From assembly GCA_910589375.1 (NCBI GenBank), contig CAJUTK010000002.1:437651-501650 (forward strand): DNA of 64,000 bases, read 5' to 3'. Source of the DNA: an uncultured Bacilli bacterium. GTDB lineage: Bacteria > Bacillota_I > Bacilli_A > RF39 > UBA660. Positions 17,384 to 27,814 of the stretch are shown one piece after another. Position numbers and translations under genes: made by a program. The notes beneath the pieces were generated by a model. The model ran no database searches. It saw only the letters and a program-made list of their open reading frames with translations, and had not been told where the DNA came from. Position 1 is the stretch's first letter. Each line of letters opens with the position of its first letter.

Positions 17384-19606
17384 ATGAGCAGTATATCTAT
17401 TTTATTATGCAGTTTGATATATAGTATATTAACAATAGGAAATTATTTTTTTAAAAAAAGAGTAAATTCCGTTGAAAATAAAATATTTTCTATTATACTT
17501 ATAGTAAATTTAGTTGGAATATTACTAGATATTTCAAGTGTTACAATGGCCCATACAGGAATCCATAACTTTATGTTTGATGCGGTAAATAAAGCATATA
17601 TATTTTACTTGTTAGCATGGATATCTCTTTTTAGCTTTTATTCATTAATAACAGCCTTTGATGATAATTACTTAAAAAAAATTGAAAAAGTATTTATTGG
17701 GATATTTATAATATCTTGTATTATAATAGCGATACTTCCTTTATATAGTAAAGTAGAAAATGGTAGTTTTTATACATATGGACCATGTGCTACTTTCTTA
17801 TATGGTATTTCTACTTTATTTGTTATTAGTATTATTATTTCATTATTATGTAATGTTAGAAAAATTAAATCAAAAAAGTATTTACCTATACTAACTTATA
17901 TATTTTTTGGAACAGCTGCAACTTTAATACAAGCATCTAATCCGCAAATATTAATTATTACAGCCATGGAGACTTTTATTACAATATTTATGTATTTTAC
18001 GATTGAAAATCCTGATATGAAGATGATTGAGCAGTTAAATATTGCTAAAGATAGTGCTGAAAAAGCAAATAGTGCGAAAACAGACTTTCTATCTAATATG
18101 TCTCATGAGATACGTACCCCTTTAAATGCAATTGTGGGGTTTAGTCAAGCATTAAAAGAAGAAAACTTGCCAGCTACTGCACAAGAAGAAGTAAATGACA
18201 TTTTAATGTCTGCGAATAGTTTGCTTGAGATTGTAAATGGAATCTTAGATATTTCTAAAATTGAAGCTAACAAGTTGGAAATAGTTAATGTAGAATATAG
18301 TTCTAAGAAGTTAATGAAGGATATTATATCTCTTATTACTGCAAGGATTGGAGATAAACCGTTAGAATTTAAAACTTATATAGATGAGTCTATTCCTCCA
18401 GTTTTACATGGAGATCATGTTCGTATCAAACAAATTATCGTTAATTTATTGACGAATGCTGTGAAGTATACAAAAGAAGGTAGTGTTGACTTTAAAGTAA
18501 GTACAGTTATTCATGATAATATTTGTAGAATGATTATTTCTGTAGAAGATACTGGAATTGGTATTAAACAAGAAGATATAGGAAAATTATTTACGAAGTT
18601 TGAAAGATTTGAACTTGAAAAAAATGTTACTACAGAAGGTACTGGTTTAGGGCTTGCTATTACAAAAAGCTTAGTAGAATTAATGGGTGGTAAAATAGTC
18701 GTTCAAAGTGTTTATGGGAAAGGATCAAAATTTACAGTAGCAATTGATCAAGTAATTATTCCTAAAACATTAGAAGAAGCAGGATTAGATACCGATATAG
18801 AAGACGTAGTAGAGCCTTTTAATGCAGCTGGCTCAAAAATATTAGTAGTAGATGATAACCGTATTAATTTGAAAGTGGCAGCTAGATTATTGAAAGATTA
18901 TCAAATTAATGCAGATTTAGTATTATCCGGTCAAGAATGTATCGATAAAGTCTTAAATGGAGAAAAGTATGATTTAATATTAATGGATGATATGATGCCT
19001 AAAATGACTGGTACGCAAGCTTTACAGAATTTAAAGAATATTATTGGGTTTGATATGCCTGTTATAGCTCTTACAGCAAACGCTATTACTGGTATGAAAG
19101 AAAAGTATATAGCATCTGGCTTTGATGATTATTTAGCAAAACCAATTGATAGAAACAAATTGCATGCTATTTTAAAAAGATATGTAAAAAAATCAGATGA
19201 AGAAGTAATAGATGATCAAGCAGAGCCATTAGAAGAAACAGTAAATAATAGAAATCCAAAATTTTTAAGAGCTCAAGGAGTAGATTTAGATCATGGTCTA
19301 GAACTTCTTGGAGATATGGAAACTTATGATATGACATTAGAAGAATTTATAGAAGAATCTAAGACTAGACTTCCTAAGATAGAAGAATATCGGTTAGCGA
19401 CTGATATGGCTAATTATGCAATTTTAGTTCATGCTATGAAGAGTGATTGCAAATACTTAGGATTTATGACTTTAGCAGATTTATCTTATCAACATGAGAT
19501 GGCAAGTAAAGAGAATAATATAGCTTTTGTGAATGAACACTATGATGAACTTATGAATGAAGTTGGAAAAGTTCTTACGATTGTAAAAAAATATTTTGGA
19601 AAATAG
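17384..19606 (+). CDS. hybrid sensor histidine kinase (multi-TM sensor, HisKA, HATPase, REC, HPt)
   Basis: H-box SHEIRTPLNAI, N/G boxes (NLLTNAVKYT, GTGLGLAI), receiver DLILMDDMMPKMTG and HPt HAMKSDCKYLG. The GGTGGTG RBS favours ATG 17384. Confidence 0.9.
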   Translation: MSSISILLCSLIYSILTIGNYFFKKRVNSVENKIFSIILIVNLVGILLDISSVTMAHTGIHNFMFDAVNKAYIFYLLAWISLFSFYSLITAFDDNYLKKIEKVFIGIFIISCIIIAILPLYSKVENGSFYTYGPCATFLYGISTLFVISIIISLLCNVRKIKSKKYLPILTYIFFGTAATLIQASNPQILIITAMETFITIFMYFTIENPDMKMIEQLNIAKDSAEKANSAKTDFLSNMSHEIRTPLNAIVGFSQALKEENLPATAQEEVNDILMSANSLLEIVNGILDISKIEANKLEIVNVEYSSKKLMKDIISLITARIGDKPLEFKTYIDESIPPVLHGDHVRIKQIIVNLLTNAVKYTKEGSVDFKVSTVIHDNICRMIISVEDTGIGIKQEDIGKLFTKFERFELEKNVTTEGTGLGLAITKSLVELMGGKIVVQSVYGKGSKFTVAIDQVIIPKTLEEAGLDTDIEDVVEPFNAAGSKILVVDDNRINLKVAARLLKDYQINADLVLSGQECIDKVLNGEKYDLILMDDMMPKMTGTQALQNLKNIIGFDMPVIALTANAITGMKEKYIASGFDDYLAKPIDRNKLHAILKRYVKKSDEEVIDDQAEPLEETVNNRNPKFLRAQGVDLDHGLELLGDMETYDMTLEEFIEESKTRLPKIEEYRLATDMANYAILVHAMKSDCKYLGFMTLADLSYQHEMASKENNIAFVNEHYDELMNEVGKVLTIVKKYFGK

Positions 19607-19614
19607 GAGGAAAT

Positions 19615-20178
19615 ATGGAAGAATTATTAGAACAAATAAACCAAACTTTTGATAATTGTATCAATACAAGTAATGAGGATGTAGCGCTTCAATTAAAAAT
19701 TATAAAAGGAAACGTTAATACAATCATGAAAAACTATATAGGAAACACTGCTCCTCTTCAACCTATGAATGAAAGCACTATAGAAGAGCCACAATATGAT
19801 TTAAGTAAAAAATGTATTTTCATAGTAGATGATTCTAGTATTGTTAGAAATTATTTAGAGAAATTGCTAAAGGGGAAATATTGTATTGCTATGGCAACAG
19901 ATGGAGCAGACACTATAGAAAAATTAAGTAGAATGGATGAAGAACAAGGTTTTGATGCAATTTTGTTAGATTTAATGATGCCAAATATTGATGGGTTCGG
20001 CGTATTAGAGTATATGAATAGTAAAAATATCAATATTCCTGTTATTGTTATTAGTGGAGATAATACTGGTGAAACAATAACACGTGCTTTCCAATACAAC
20101 GTTTTAGATATGATTGAAAAGCCATTTGATGCTAAAACAATTGAAGATAAAATTGACCATGTTTTAGGAGTGGAATAG
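19615..20178 (+). CDS. single-domain response regulator (receiver only) with a ~65-aa N-terminal extension
   Basis: Receiver motifs IVDDSS, AILLDLMMPNIDG and EKPF; no DNA-binding or enzymatic output domain. Confidence 0.85.
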   Translation: MEELLEQINQTFDNCINTSNEDVALQLKIIKGNVNTIMKNYIGNTAPLQPMNESTIEEPQYDLSKKCIFIVDDSSIVRNYLEKLLKGKYCIAMATDGADTIEKLSRMDEEQGFDAILLDLMMPNIDGFGVLEYMNSKNINIPVIVISGDNTGETITRAFQYNVLDMIEKPFDAKTIEDKIDHVLGVE

Positions 20179-20189
20179 CCACTCTTTTC
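20168..20189 (+). terminator. intrinsic terminator
   Basis: GAGTGG/CCACTC stem followed by TTTTC. Confidence 0.55.
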
Positions 20190-20246
20190 ATTTGACTTTT
20201 CTATTTTATTATGTTAGAATAACGAGCATTAGAGGGGAGAGTTTGT

Positions 20247-20942
20247 ATGGGAATACAAATTAAAGGTATTAATACTGATTTGATATTATATAAAACTAAA
20301 TTAGAAAAAAAGGTACCATTTTCAGATAGAATGCTAGATAGATATCATGTATCTATTCAAAAAGCTACAGATTACTTTTATTCTGAAAGCAGAATGGCTA
20401 AAGTAGGAGAAACAGTAAATGGAGTAAAAGCATTTGGATATGGTGTGACAGCAGCTATTGCAGATTCATTAGAAACTAGAAATAGAAGAAATGCTTTAAT
20501 GCAAGCAACAGGCCTTGACAAAGATGCTATTGCAATGGATATAAACGAATTGCAAGCACTTAGGAGTCAAGGAAAAGCTGTTAAAGTATATGGTGGAGAT
20601 ATTCGCTATAGTGCTCAAATAAAAAAAGAGTGGCTAGCTTCTATTGAAACAATATTTGGAAATGCTGATTTACAAGCTTTAGATGATTTTTCTTGCTTAG
20701 CATCTTTAAAAGCTATTTATGGAGATTTAAATTTAGCACAAGTAAAAGATTCTAAAGTAGATTTATCGGGATTACACTTACAAATGGTATATGGAGATAT
20801 TCATGCTGAACAAGCAGCTTCTACTAATGGATTAGAAGAATTACTTGCAGTAGGAGGAACTATTTATTATCAAGGTGCTTCTTACAGTTTAGATGATTTT
20901 GAAAAAATGGTAGCAAATAGTGAAAAAGAACGTCAAAAATAA
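20247..20942 (+). CDS. hypothetical protein with no recognisable domain
   Basis: 231-aa ORF with GAGGGGAG RBS, flanked by its own promoter-like TGTTAGAAT and a terminator. Confidence 0.6.
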   Translation: MGIQIKGINTDLILYKTKLEKKVPFSDRMLDRYHVSIQKATDYFYSESRMAKVGETVNGVKAFGYGVTAAIADSLETRNRRNALMQATGLDKDAIAMDINELQALRSQGKAVKVYGGDIRYSAQIKKEWLASIETIFGNADLQALDDFSCLASLKAIYGDLNLAQVKDSKVDLSGLHLQMVYGDIHAEQAASTNGLEELLAVGGTIYYQGASYSLDDFEKMVANSEKERQK

Positions 20943-20957
20943 TTGATGTTCTTTTTT
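20927..20957 (+). terminator. intrinsic terminator
   Basis: AGAACGTCAA/TTGATGTTCT 10-bp stem followed by a T-run. Confidence 0.75.
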
Positions 20958-21013
20958 TGTAATTTATGCTATAATGGAAAAGAATAGTAGAAACATAAGT
21001 GTGAGGTATTGTT

Positions 21014-23839
21014 ATGTATTGTAAGAATTGTGGTCAAAAAATAGAAGAGAAAGATGCTTTCTGTGTGAAATGTGGTGAACCTGTTATCAAGGAGGAGAAA
21101 ACAGATGACACTCCAATACAGGTTGAAGTAAATAATCCAGGTTCTATAGAAAGTAAGGAGAGAGTCCCTGTTAAAAAGAAATTAGAGCCTATTATGAGTT
21201 TTATTTCTAAACATAAGAAACAGCTTATAATAGGAGGCTCTTGTCTTGCTGTTATTGTATTAGTGGTTATTCTTTTCTTTCTGTTTTATGATTCCACTAA
21301 AATTGATTGGAATAAATCTTATAAGAGTTTATCCCTAGAATATATTACACAGTCAAAGGTAAAACTAGGATATACCATATCTAATGAAGAAAAAGATAAT
21401 CAAATAAAGATTAGTACAAACTGTGGAGAATATAAAAAGGAGGGAAAAGAAATTACTTGGGACTTAACAGATTCTAAAGGAAAATGTGAAATTACTTTAG
21501 CTTATAAATCCAAGAAATTAAAAAAAGAAGTAACTGTATTAAGTCCTGATATACAAGAAAAACCATTAGCTTTTGATTATAAAATTGATTTAGATTCCGA
21601 TGAAGATTTAGATTATGATGGTCTAACGAATAAGCAAGAAAAGGAATATGGAACTAATCCAGAGCTTGCAGATAGTGATATGGATGGACTTGATGACTAT
21701 TATGAAATATTTACAAGTAAAACAAATCCTAATAAAGCAGATACTGATGGAGATGGTTTAAACGATTATGATGAAATTGAACTTAAATTAGACCCCAATA
21801 ATCCAGATACGAAAGGTGATGGCATTAAAGATGGTGAAAGGACATTAACATATAATTATAAGTCTGATAATATAACTTTAGCCATTAAAGGAAAAGGAAA
21901 TATTGCTAGCGTGGTTGCTGAAGTAAATTCTAATACCAAAATAAGTAAAAAAGCAGGACTTATCGATAATTTATATACATTATATACTGATGGGAAAGTA
22001 GAAGAAGCAACCCTTACAATTCATTATACTGATAAAGAGTTGCAAGAAAGAAATATAAAAGAGGACAATTTATCTATTTATTATTATAATGAATCTACAA
22101 GTAAATATGAGAAAGTAGATAGTGTTCTTGATAAGCAAAACAAAACTGTAACTGCAAAATTAAAACACTTTTCTAATTATGTAGTAGGAGATACTTCTAT
22201 TGTAAAAGAATCTACTACAAACCAAGTTATATTTATTCTAGATAATTCATGGAGTATGTATACGGACGAGCAGTATGAAAAGTATACTGGCAAAAAATAT
22301 AATGGTGGACTATTTGGTTCTTCTAAATTAGACGGTTTTGACGCAGATGGGGTTAGATTTTCTTTAACTAGTACTCTAACTAGTAATCTGTCTTCAAAAG
22401 GTTTTCAAATAGGTTTATCTGAATTTAGAAGAGATTATAAAAATGCACTTCCTATTGGAAGTGATGCAGATGACATTAAGAAAAAATTAACTACAATGGA
22501 AGGATCTTTCATTACTAAAAGTGAAGGAACTAATATATCAAATGCCTTAACAAGTGGAATGAAAGAATTCTCATCCGATACTGACAATAAATATATTATT
22601 TTATTAACTGATGGTCAAGATTCTTATTTAAAATCTAATAGTAAAAGAATTATTGATGCTGCTGTTGATAAAGATATAAAGATTTGTGCAATAGGATTTG
22701 GTAGTGGTTCTTATAATACAGAACTAGCTAATATATCAAATGCTACTGGATGTAAATTTTTCTCTTCTAGTGATGCTAATGGTCTAACAGAATTATTTAA
22801 TAACATGGAAACGGAATTAACAGACGATTTAGTAGATATTGATGGAGATAATGAGGCAGATGGTATTTTACTTGCAGATAGTGGTTTTATTGTAAATAGA
22901 GACGGATTTTCTTTTGAAAATTATACTAGTAATTTAACAGGAGGGCATTGTTATGGTATGGCAACTTTTGCTGAACTTTATTATTTAAAGAAATTACCAT
23001 TAAAATTATCTTCTGTTACAAATAAGAAGAATACATCATTTGCTTATGATTTAACTAAAACATATTTTAAAAATCAGACAGCCAACTTATATGATTACAA
23101 ATTAAAAACTAATGAATTAAAATATCAATTTGGATTTGACTATTTTGATGAAGAGGCTCCAGAAGATTTTAAAATTGTAGATAATAATGTATATACTTGG
23201 AAAGAAGATTATAAAAAGATAATTGAAGAAAGTGGTTTATATGATATTACTAGATCAAAAACATCATTAAGTAGTGAAAAACAATTAGAAAAATATGGTG
23301 TTACTTATGAAGAAGCCGACAATTTAAATCTAAATGAAGATCGTATGCAAAACAGTACAATTATTCATAAAGAAGATAAGCAACTATTAAATGCTATTTA
23401 TGCTAGCTTTATTAAGCAAAATAGTACTAGCCATATTTCTTCTTCCATGAATTTAGTATTATATTTAAGAGATTTATTCAACACTGAAAATATTAGTTAT
23501 TCAGGAGAAACTAAATTTATAAATATATTAAAATCTAGACTAGCTAGTGGAGACCCAGTTGTTATCAATGGTGATTTCTATGGATTACATGCTATTAATG
23601 CGATTAATTTAATACAAGATCTTGAAAATCCTAATTATTATTATATTGGTGTTTATGATAATAATTTTCCAGGAGAGAAAAGATACGTTGATTTAGAATG
23701 TAAAAAGGATAAATGTGTAATCAAACCAAATGCATATTATAATGCAGCAGAAAGAGGGTCTGATCCATCTGGACCACTTAGAATAACAGCTTCTTTAGAG
23801 TTTGATTTAAATTACTATGAGCCATATATTCAAAAATAA
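21014..23839 (+). CDS. membrane-anchored surface protein: zinc-ribbon, TM, thrombospondin-type-3 Ca-binding repeats, vWA domain, uncharacterised C-terminal domain
   Basis: CKNCGQ...CVKCG zinc ribbon; TM helix LIIGGSCLAVIVLVVILFFLF; DxDxDGL repeats (DSDMDGLDDY, DTDGDGLNDYDE); vWA MIDAS-like ILDNSWSM ... LLTDGQD. Confidence 0.8.
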   Translation: MYCKNCGQKIEEKDAFCVKCGEPVIKEEKTDDTPIQVEVNNPGSIESKERVPVKKKLEPIMSFISKHKKQLIIGGSCLAVIVLVVILFFLFYDSTKIDWNKSYKSLSLEYITQSKVKLGYTISNEEKDNQIKISTNCGEYKKEGKEITWDLTDSKGKCEITLAYKSKKLKKEVTVLSPDIQEKPLAFDYKIDLDSDEDLDYDGLTNKQEKEYGTNPELADSDMDGLDDYYEIFTSKTNPNKADTDGDGLNDYDEIELKLDPNNPDTKGDGIKDGERTLTYNYKSDNITLAIKGKGNIASVVAEVNSNTKISKKAGLIDNLYTLYTDGKVEEATLTIHYTDKELQERNIKEDNLSIYYYNESTSKYEKVDSVLDKQNKTVTAKLKHFSNYVVGDTSIVKESTTNQVIFILDNSWSMYTDEQYEKYTGKKYNGGLFGSSKLDGFDADGVRFSLTSTLTSNLSSKGFQIGLSEFRRDYKNALPIGSDADDIKKKLTTMEGSFITKSEGTNISNALTSGMKEFSSDTDNKYIILLTDGQDSYLKSNSKRIIDAAVDKDIKICAIGFGSGSYNTELANISNATGCKFFSSSDANGLTELFNNMETELTDDLVDIDGDNEADGILLADSGFIVNRDGFSFENYTSNLTGGHCYGMATFAELYYLKKLPLKLSSVTNKKNTSFAYDLTKTYFKNQTANLYDYKLKTNELKYQFGFDYFDEEAPEDFKIVDNNVYTWKEDYKKIIEESGLYDITRSKTSLSSEKQLEKYGVTYEEADNLNLNEDRMQNSTIIHKEDKQLLNAIYASFIKQNSTSHISSSMNLVLYLRDLFNTENISYSGETKFINILKSRLASGDPVVINGDFYGLHAINAINLIQDLENPNYYYIGVYDNNFPGEKRYVDLECKKDKCVIKPNAYYNAAERGSDPSGPLRITASLEFDLNYYEPYIQK

Positions 23840-23844
23840 AAATG

Positions 23845-23873
23845 AAAATCAGAATAAATTTCTGATTTTTTTC
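23845..23873 (+). terminator. intrinsic terminator
   Basis: AAATCAGAA/TTCTGATTT stem followed by a T-run. Confidence 0.8.
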
Positions 23874-23964
23874 TTGTTTTTCTATACTAAAAAGCACTTC
23901 TAGTTGCTTTTTTCGACAATTTCTGATATTATAGACGACATCTATTGAAATTTAGGGGGATTTT

Positions 23965-24642
23965 ATGTATCAAAATGTTGTAACGACTGTTGATGAGGTA
24001 AATACTAAAGCAAAATCTAGTATTTCCTTTTACCTTGTTATTAAAAGAGTAATGGATATTATGATTAGTTTAGTAGGCATGATTTTTCTAATTCCAATTA
24101 TTATTATTGTAAAAGTTTTATACCTTCTAAATGGTGATTATCATTCTATTTTTCTTACACAAATGAGAATTGGTAAAAATGGCAAAGAGTTTAAATTTTA
24201 TAAATTTAGAACAATGGTACCTCGTGCAGATGAGATTTTATTCCAATTATTAGAAGAAAATGAAGAAATAAGAGAAGAATATACACGCAATAAAAAATTA
24301 GTAAGTGATCCTAGAATTACCAAGGCTGGAAATTTACTTAGAAAAACATCTTTAGATGAATTACCACAATTGCTAAATGTATTAAAAGGAGACATGTCCT
24401 TAGTAGGAAATAGACCATATCTTCCAAGAGAAAAAGATGATATGGGTGAATACTATAAGCATATCATTAAAACAAAACCAGGTATCACTGGTTATTGGCA
24501 AGTAAATGGTAGAAGTGATGTTTCATTTGAAAGCAGATTAAAATTAGAGACATACTATTCCAACCATTGTAGTTTAGATTTAGATATTAGAATTTTCTTT
24601 AAAACATTTAAAGTAGTTCTATTTGGAAAAAATGCAAAATAA
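23965..24642 (+). CDS. undecaprenyl-phosphate sugar phosphotransferase (priming bacterial sugar transferase)
   Basis: Single re-entrant helix plus KFRTM and DELPQLLNVLKGDMSLVGNRP motifs. Confidence 0.9.
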   Translation: MYQNVVTTVDEVNTKAKSSISFYLVIKRVMDIMISLVGMIFLIPIIIIVKVLYLLNGDYHSIFLTQMRIGKNGKEFKFYKFRTMVPRADEILFQLLEENEEIREEYTRNKKLVSDPRITKAGNLLRKTSLDELPQLLNVLKGDMSLVGNRPYLPREKDDMGEYYKHIIKTKPGITGYWQVNGRSDVSFESRLKLETYYSNHCSLDLDIRIFFKTFKVVLFGKNAK

Positions 24643-24755
24643 AGAGTAAAAAGCAAAAATGAATAAAGGGGTTAATACAGATTAAAGGATACATAATAAT
24701 GCTCCAAAGTATTTTATTGTATCCTTTTTTCATTGTAATAGGAAGTAGGGAGTAT

Positions 24756-25229
24756 ATGAAAAAGAAGAATATAACGGATTTAAAAATATGCCTTGTTGGC
24801 TCTTCTGGAGGACACTTAACTCACTTATATATGTTAAAGCCATTATGGGAAGAAAATGATAGATTCTGGGTAACATTTGATAAAATAGATGTCAACAGTA
24901 TTTTGAAGGATGAAAAAGTATATCATTGCTATTTTCCAACAAACAGGAATTTATGGAATTTACTTAGAAATACATTTCTAGCTATTAAAGTGTTGCACAA
25001 AGAAAAACCAGATTTAATTATTTCATCAGGCGCAGCTGTCGCAGTTCCTTTCTTTTGGCTTGGAAAGTTGCATGGTGCTAAAACTATCTATATAGAGGTG
25101 TTTGATAGAATAAATAAGCACACTTTAACTGGAAAGCTAGTGTACCCAGTTACAGATAAATTTATAGTTCAATGGGAAGAAATGAAAAAAGTATATCCAA
25201 AGGCTATCAATTTAGGTAGTATATTTTAG
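24756..25229 (+). CDS. Alg14-like membrane subunit of a split glycosyltransferase (PssD/Cps14F family)
   Basis: ICLVGSSGGHLTHL motif. The GGGAG RBS favours ATG 24756 over the ORF-track start at 24699. Confidence 0.8.
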   Translation: MKKKNITDLKICLVGSSGGHLTHLYMLKPLWEENDRFWVTFDKIDVNSILKDEKVYHCYFPTNRNLWNLLRNTFLAIKVLHKEKPDLIISSGAAVAVPFFWLGKLHGAKTIYIEVFDRINKHTLTGKLVYPVTDKFIVQWEEMKKVYPKAINLGSIF

Positions 25230-25237
25230 GAGGATTT

Positions 25238-25750
25238 ATGATATTTGTAACAGTAGGAACTCATGAGCAGCCATTCGACCGCTTATTAAAGTGTATTGAT
25301 AAGATGATTGAAGATGGAATTATTACAGAAATTGTAATTGTTCAAAAAGGTTATACAGATTATGAAATGAAAAATTGCAAGGCAGAAAAATTAATCCCAT
25401 ACGATGAAATGCAAAAATATATCAATGAAGCAAGAATTATAATTACACATGGTGGGCCTGCTAGCTTTATAGCTCCACTATCAATAGGTAAAATTCCTAT
25501 TGTAGTTCCAAGAAAGAAAGATTATAATGAGCATGTAAATAATCACCAGTTAGAATTCGCCAAAGAAGTAGAAAAGAGAATGGGAAATATTATTGTTGCT
25601 GAAACTGATGAAGAAATTATGGATGCAATTATGAATTATGATAAAAAAAAGAACAATATGCGTAATATAAATGATTCTAATAATACAAATTTTTGTAATG
25701 GCTTAGAAATTGAAATAAAAAAACTATATGAAAAGGATAACGAAAAATGA
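25238..25750 (+). CDS. Alg13-like catalytic subunit of a split glycosyltransferase (PssE/Cps14G family)
   Basis: MIFVTVGTHEQPFDRLL N-terminus and ITHGGPASF motif. Confidence 0.8.
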   Translation: MIFVTVGTHEQPFDRLLKCIDKMIEDGIITEIVIVQKGYTDYEMKNCKAEKLIPYDEMQKYINEARIIITHGGPASFIAPLSIGKIPIVVPRKKDYNEHVNNHQLEFAKEVEKRMGNIIVAETDEEIMDAIMNYDKKKNNMRNINDSNNTNFCNGLEIEIKKLYEKDNEK

Positions 25751-26715
25751 AATTTACTTTTATAATGCCTATATATAATTCAGAAGATATATTGTATAAG
25801 AGCATTAATAGTATTAAAAATCAAACCTATAAAAATTGGGAATTAATTGCAGTAGATGACGGTTCAACTGATAATACCTATAAAGAGTTAAAAAAAATAG
25901 CTCTCAAAGATAAACGAATAAAAATATACACTAAGAAGAATAGTGGTCCAGGAAAAACAAGAAACTACGCAATGGGTAAAGCAACAGGAGACTATCTTGC
26001 TTTTATAGACAGCGATGATTATTATGAACTTGACTTTCTAGAAAATATAAATTTGATTTTAGAAAAAGAAAACTATGATTTAATCTTTATTAATACTATT
26101 AACGAGAAGAACAGTGGAAAAATTGATTATTGCGATAATATTGATAAGTATTCTAAATGTACTAAAAAACAATTAATAAAACTACAAATGACAGGAAAGC
26201 TTCCATGGGGACCTTGTTCAAAAGTAGTAAAAAGAGAAATAGCTCAAAAATGCTCTTTTTCTAGTATTAGTGTAGGGGAAGAGGCAATTTATAGCTTTGA
26301 TGTTTTGGAGAAATCAGAAACAATATACTTTTTGAAAAAGCCAATGTATCACTATGTTCATAATGATAATGGGCAACACACAAGAGGTGGACTAGATCCA
26401 TGGAAAAATGTTGTTGAATCTATAAAAAATCATTTAGAAAAGAGAAATTTATATATGGAATATGAGGATGCTTTAAATACTTTAGCATTAAACTCTACAA
26501 TTATGTCAGCATATAGAATATCAAACTCTCTTCCGTTTAAGGAAGCATATTATAGAATTAAAGAAAAAGTGAAGGAATATAGGGTAGAATTTGACTTTAA
26601 AAAGATAAACGCTAAACTATTATCCAATAGTTCAAAAATCTTATGTTTATTATTAAAAATTCACTTTTATTTTATAATTATAATTATGTCTAAAATTAGA
26701 AAAAAATTTAAGTAA
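25747..26715 (+). CDS. family-2 glycosyltransferase
   Basis: FIMPIYNSE ... VDDGSTDNT ... FIDSDD (DXD); 4-nt overlap with the upstream gene. Confidence 0.85.
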   Translation: MKFTFIMPIYNSEDILYKSINSIKNQTYKNWELIAVDDGSTDNTYKELKKIALKDKRIKIYTKKNSGPGKTRNYAMGKATGDYLAFIDSDDYYELDFLENINLILEKENYDLIFINTINEKNSGKIDYCDNIDKYSKCTKKQLIKLQMTGKLPWGPCSKVVKREIAQKCSFSSISVGEEAIYSFDVLEKSETIYFLKKPMYHYVHNDNGQHTRGGLDPWKNVVESIKNHLEKRNLYMEYEDALNTLALNSTIMSAYRISNSLPFKEAYYRIKEKVKEYRVEFDFKKINAKLLSNSSKILCLLLKIHFYFIIIIMSKIRKKFK

Positions 26716-26731
26716 GGAAAGGTGATTAATA

Positions 26732-27802
26732 TTGGAAACTTTGCTTTTTATATTTTCCATCTGTTTAGCATTATATTTTTCAAATTTAGCTGATAGAAAA
26801 AACAATAGAAAATATTTATTATTAGTAATATTAATTGTTTCCTTGGTTTCAGGATTGAGGGGAATAACAGTAGGAATTGATACGATTTATTATGATTATG
26901 CTTTCATACATAAATTTCCCTATAGTTGGCAATTTGAAGAGGTAGGATTTAGAGCTATTTCTAACTTTTTAATGAACTGTTTTCATGATACTAGATACAT
27001 ATTTTTATTCTTTTCATTAGTAATTAATTCACTGATAATATTACGCTTATGGGATTTTAGAAAAAAATGTTCTTTTCCTTTTATGCTTTTCTTATACTCT
27101 TTAACATTCTATATAGATACAATGAACATTATGAGACAGTTTGTAGCAATAGCAATAATATTTTATTCTACAAAATTATTAGATAATAAACATTATATAT
27201 TATTTGTTTGTGTAGTCCTAGCTACAACTCTTATTCATACATCCTCCTTACTAGCACTTTTGATGGTTTTAGTTTATTTATGGAATTCTTTAACCCCAAA
27301 CAAACGGTTACTATTGTTAGTACCATTACTATTTATCTGTACAGCCGCCGTTTTTTATGTAATTAATTTTGAATCGCACCATATCGCTAATTACCTATCT
27401 TCACAAAATTCTACTAGTAATATAAATATTACTTTTATCTATAGAATTTCCATTTTTATTTTTTCTTTATTATTGTATAAAAGTAAGAAAAAAATTATTT
27501 TTAATAAAACTTCTGATAAGGAACAAATTGTAGAGATAAATCAAGATATAAGTTTTAAAAATACTTGTTATATGTATTTTATAGGTTTAGTACTTTGTTC
27601 CGTTGGAATGTTTTATACATCTATGGCAAGATTAGGATACTACTATGCTATATTTGAACTTGTATATTGGGGATATCTAGTCAAAAACAGTTATAACAAA
27701 AGTCTAAATCTTTCAATGATTTCAATTTATGCCATATATATATTTATGTTGGAATTACTAGCTGGCGGTAGTGGAGTTTTCCCTTTTACTTTTAATCTTT
27801 AA
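26732..27802 (+). CDS. EpsG-family polysaccharide polymerase (Wzy-like)
   Basis: About 10 predicted TM segments, no soluble domain, position within the EPS locus; TTG start with AAGGAAAGGTGA RBS. Confidence 0.6.
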   Translation: METLLFIFSICLALYFSNLADRKNNRKYLLLVILIVSLVSGLRGITVGIDTIYYDYAFIHKFPYSWQFEEVGFRAISNFLMNCFHDTRYIFLFFSLVINSLIILRLWDFRKKCSFPFMLFLYSLTFYIDTMNIMRQFVAIAIIFYSTKLLDNKHYILFVCVVLATTLIHTSSLLALLMVLVYLWNSLTPNKRLLLLVPLLFICTAAVFYVINFESHHIANYLSSQNSTSNINITFIYRISIFIFSLLLYKSKKKIIFNKTSDKEQIVEINQDISFKNTCYMYFIGLVLCSVGMFYTSMARLGYYYAIFELVYWGYLVKNSYNKSLNLSMISIYAIYIFMLELLAGGSGVFPFTFNL

Positions 27803-27814
27803 AGGAGGATAAGT

